Source: Anaeromyxobacter sp.
GTDB taxonomy: Bacteria > Myxococcota > Myxococcia > Myxococcales > Anaeromyxobacteraceae
Assembly (NCBI GenBank): GCA_049840735.1
Contig: JASGJN010000022.1
Coordinates: 32,001 to 96,000, forward strand
Length of the DNA: 64,000 bases
Direction of reading: 5' to 3'
The position numbers were made by a program, and so were the translations under genes. This document shows, one piece after another, positions 61,215 to 64,000 of this stretch (the stretch's first letter is position 1; each line of letters starts with the position of its first letter). A model generated the notes under the pieces. That model saw nothing but the letters and a program-made list of their open reading frames with translations, did not search any database and was not told where the DNA came from.

Positions 61215-61246
61215 GGAGCCCGGCTCCCTTTCGAGAACCGGGCTCC
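61215..61246. terminator. Hairpin terminator downstream of the cold-shock gene
   Basis: GGAGCCCGG...CCGGGCTCC. Confidence 0.6.
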
Positions 61247-61266
61247 GGGGCGACTCGGCGTTCGCG

Positions 61267-61470
61267 CTACACCTTGCGGACGTTGGCCGCCTGCAGGCCC
61301 TTCGGCCCCTTCACCACGTCGAACTCCACCTTCTGACCCTCGGCCAGGCTCTTGAAGCCGTCGCCGCTGATCGCGCTGTAGTGGCAGAAGACGTCCTCAC
61401 CACCGTTGTCCTGCGTGATGAAGCCGAAGCCCTTCGCGTCGTTGAACCACTTCACGGTGCCAGTCGCCAT
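61267..61470 (-). CDS. cspA: Cold-shock protein (CspA family)
   Basis: [34 protein letters not shown]. Confidence 0.97.
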   Translation of the reverse strand: MATGTVKWFNDAKGFGFITQDNGGEDVFCHYSAISGDGFKSLAEGQKVEFDVVKGPKGLQAANVRKV

Positions 61471-61788
61471 TCACCAGCTCTTTTCTTCGTTGACGATCCG
61501 TCGAGATGACGTTCGGTTCGCCCCGAAAAATGGGCGGACCAAAAATCTTTAGACCAAAATGAAAGATGCGTCGAGGTGCCGCGCCTGCCTGCTTGCGCTC
61601 CGGAAGGGGCGCGCCAGGCGCCCCGGGGGACGCAAACGTTCACGTCCTCCCGCGGGCGGGTGAAGGCCCAGGCGCGACGGGCGTTTCGGAGGCTTCAGAC
61701 CTCCGGCCTCAGACCTCAGGAAAGGCGCCGCTCCACCTTCGGTCCGAGGCCTGGAGCCCGGCGCCCCGGCGGCGCGGCATCGCCGCCG

Positions 61789-62955
61789 TCAGGCGAAGGC
61801 CGCAGCGGCGAGCTCCGCCGCCGGCCGGCGATCCGCCGAAGTCTCCTCGGCGAGGCGCGCCTCCAGGCTCGCCATGATCTCGGCGGCGGTCGGCAGCGCG
61901 CCCGCGTCCTGCTCCGGGATCCGGGTCAGGCTCTGGCCCGTGTAGAAGAGGCCGTTCTCGGTGTCGCCCTTCACGGCCGCCGCCAGGAGCGCGTCGGTGA
62001 TGCAGAAGCTCTCCTTGAAGTTGCTGGCGCGGCACAGGCACAGGCTCTCGCCCAGGCACTCGATGCACGACTTGCGGCGGCCCTCGTAGCCCTCCTTGCC
62101 GAACCACCAGGCCTTGGCCTTGGGGGGCACCGGCTCGCCGCGGGCCAGCTTCTCGGTGAAGGCGTTGCGCACCGCGCGCGCCTTCATGCCCTTCACGCAG
62201 CTGGTGATGATGACCACGTCGTCCTCGGTCTTGCCGAGGTGCATCTGCTTGAAGGCGGGGTGCACGTCGCCGTCGGCGCAGGCCAGGAACCGCGTGGCAA
62301 GCTGCACGCCCGCGGCGCCGGCCTCGAGCAGCGCCGGCACGTCCTCGGCGTCGATGCCGCCGGCCGCGATCACCGGCAGGCTGCTCGCGGCCCGGACGTC
62401 GGCCAGCAGCTCGGGCAGCTCGTGGCCGATGTCGCCGATGTGGCCGCCGGCCTTGCTGCCCTCAGCCACCAGGAAGTCGGCGCCCCACTTCTCGTACATG
62501 GCCGCCAGCCGGCCGGAGGAGACGATGCCGGCGAAGGGCACGCCGCCCTCGCGGCACCAGCGGATGATCTCGCGCGAGATCCCGGCGCCCTGCACGATGA
62601 AGGACGCGCCCTCCTCGATGGCGATGCGGGCCGAGCGCTCGAAGTCGCGCTTGTCGATGGCCGCCATCAGGTTCACGCCCACGAAGCCGCCCGGCGCCTC
62701 GGCGCGGCAGCGGCGCAGCTCGGCGCGCAGCTGCTCGGAGGTCTTGAGCACCGCCGAGACCGTGCCCACGCCCACCAGCCGCGCGCCGCTGTGGCGCGCC
62801 ACCTTGCCCGACACGCCGTCGGAGGCGTGGATGCCCATCCCGCCCTGCACCAGCAGCCGGCGGCCGCCCGCCACCACCTGCTCGATGGCGGCGCGGTCCA
62901 GGCGGGCGAGCGGCGGGACGGCCTCGTTGGAAGGGGCGATCGCGTCGAGGGACAT
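61789..62955 (-). CDS. Nitronate monooxygenase / FabK-FabX-like FMN oxidoreductase
   Basis: VQGGMG, EGSKAGGH, VIAAGGI, GVQLATRF, and a C-terminal Cys cluster. Confidence 0.88.
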   Translation of the reverse strand: MSLDAIAPSNEAVPPLARLDRAAIEQVVAGGRRLLVQGGMGIHASDGVSGKVARHSGARLVGVGTVSAVLKTSEQLRAELRRCRAEAPGGFVGVNLMAAIDKRDFERSARIAIEEGASFIVQGAGISREIIRWCREGGVPFAGIVSSGRLAAMYEKWGADFLVAEGSKAGGHIGDIGHELPELLADVRAASSLPVIAAGGIDAEDVPALLEAGAAGVQLATRFLACADGDVHPAFKQMHLGKTEDDVVIITSCVKGMKARAVRNAFTEKLARGEPVPPKAKAWWFGKEGYEGRRKSCIECLGESLCLCRASNFKESFCITDALLAAAVKGDTENGLFYTGQSLTRIPEQDAGALPTAAEIMASLEARLAEETSADRRPAAELAAAAFA

Positions 62956-63232
62956 GGCGGGCTCCACGGCGCCGGGGAGTGGAACGGCGCGGTTCGAGCG
63001 TCACGCTACGTGGAGACTGTCATGCGATCGTCACGGGTCCAGCCGCCGCCGCTGCCGCAGCGCGGCGTGACCGGGCGCACGGCGCGGATCGCGCTGGACG
63101 CCAGCCTGATGCTGCAATCGATCGCGTCGCGCAAACTTCACGCGCGCGCCGCGCGGCGGTCACCTGGGGCGCGCAGTCTCGCCGCAGTCCTCCGGCCGGT
63201 CCGGGGGATCGCGCAGGACGGCGGGGGGCACG

Positions 63233-64000
63233 ATGCTCGAGGCGATCTCCACCACGCTCTTCGCCCTGGCCGCGATCGGGCTCGCCGCGCTGCTCGTCCA
63301 GCACGGCGCGCTCCGCTCGCACCTGCGCCGGCCCGGCGCGCCGGTACGGGGCGACTCCCTCGACCCCGGCCCGGCGCGGCCGGCCCCTCCCATCTCCATC
63401 CTGAAGCCGCTCTGCGGCGACGACGACGACCTGGCCGCGAACCTGGCCGCGTTCGCCGCGCTCGACTACCCGGCCTACGAGGTGCTCCTGGGCGTGAAGA
63501 GCGCGCGCGATCCGGCCTTCGCGCCGGCGCTGGCCGCGGTCCGGCGCTGGCCGGGGCGCATGCGGCTGGTGCTGCAGCGCTTCGACGAGGGCCTGAACCC
63601 CAAGGTGAACCAGCTGGTCGGGCTGGCCCGCGCCGCGCGCCACGACCTGCTGCTCATCTCCGACTCGAACGTGCGGGTCGGCGCCGGCTACCTGCGCGGC
63701 GTCGGCGAGGCCATGTCGGCGCCCGGGGTCGGGCTGGTGACGCACCCGGTGGTCGGCGCCGGCGAGCGGCGGCTCGGGGCGCTGCTGGAGAACCTGCACC
63801 TGGCCGGCGCCGTCGGGCCCGGCATGGTGGCGGCGCAGCGGCTCTCCGGGCGGGCCGTGGTGGTCGGCAAGTCGATGGCGCTCTGGCGCGCCGACGTGGA
63901 GCGGCTGGGCGGCTTCGAGTCGATGAAGGACGTCCTCGCCGAGGACCACCTGCTGGGCGTGCGCGTCGCCGACGAGCTGGGCAAGCGGGTGGTGGTGGCC
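63233..64000 (+). CDS. Ceramide glucosyltransferase/HpnI-like GT21 enzyme, runs off the window
   Basis: Manual translation: N-terminal TM, ISILKPLCG, LDYPAYEV, GLNPKVNQL, ISDSNV, GKSM, LAEDH. Confidence 0.88.
   Translation, partial: MLEAISTTLFALAAIGLAALLVQHGALRSHLRRPGAPVRGDSLDPGPARPAPPISILKPLCGDDDDLAANLAAFAALDYPAYEVLLGVKSARDPAFAPALAAVRRWPGRMRLVLQRFDEGLNPKVNQLVGLARAARHDLLLISDSNVRVGAGYLRGVGEAMSAPGVGLVTHPVVGAGERRLGALLENLHLAGAVGPGMVAAQRLSGRAVVVGKSMALWRADVERLGGFESMKDVLAEDHLLGVRVADELGKRVVVA

Noticed and set aside
61600..61660. c-di-GMP-I riboswitch (GGGACGCAAA seen)
   Set aside because: It lacks the upstream GGCAAA/GAAA hairpin and the P3 elements, and points away from any suitable gene start.

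Overview
Very GC-rich bacterial DNA. Gene content points to a myxobacterium, most likely Anaeromyxobacter-like (MYXO-CTERM protein, AglZ-like and FrgA-like proteins); this is inference. About 45 mostly housekeeping or envelope genes are present, including gpmI, rlmH, hemW, prmA, rsmE, pccB, moeB and a cold-shock gene. Others encode an OPT transporter, an APC permease, M16 and M28 peptidases, an MCP, two ECF-sigma/VIT-vWA modules and a tandem pair of TPR-DUF3857 transglutaminase-like proteins. Ten genes carry eleven frame breaks, each explained by inserted bases, so these look like sequencing error rather than pseudogenes. The most unusual region is 33.9-36.5 kb. It holds a sigma54-type promoter, a structured transcript or small ORF with a terminator, a 20-bp tandem array and a G-rich tract. 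These are followed by an atypical-codon HNH nuclease gene bracketed by an exact 23-bp hairpin direct repeat, a candidate mobile or selfish element. A REP-like palindromic family with clear covariation occurs about 15 or more times. Copies include nested ones, a pair reading in frame into a beta-barrel gene, and a triplication at 55.3-56.1 kb that captured a gene's 3' end. No rRNA, tRNA or CRISPR array was seen. Family assignments come from motif recognition, not database searches.
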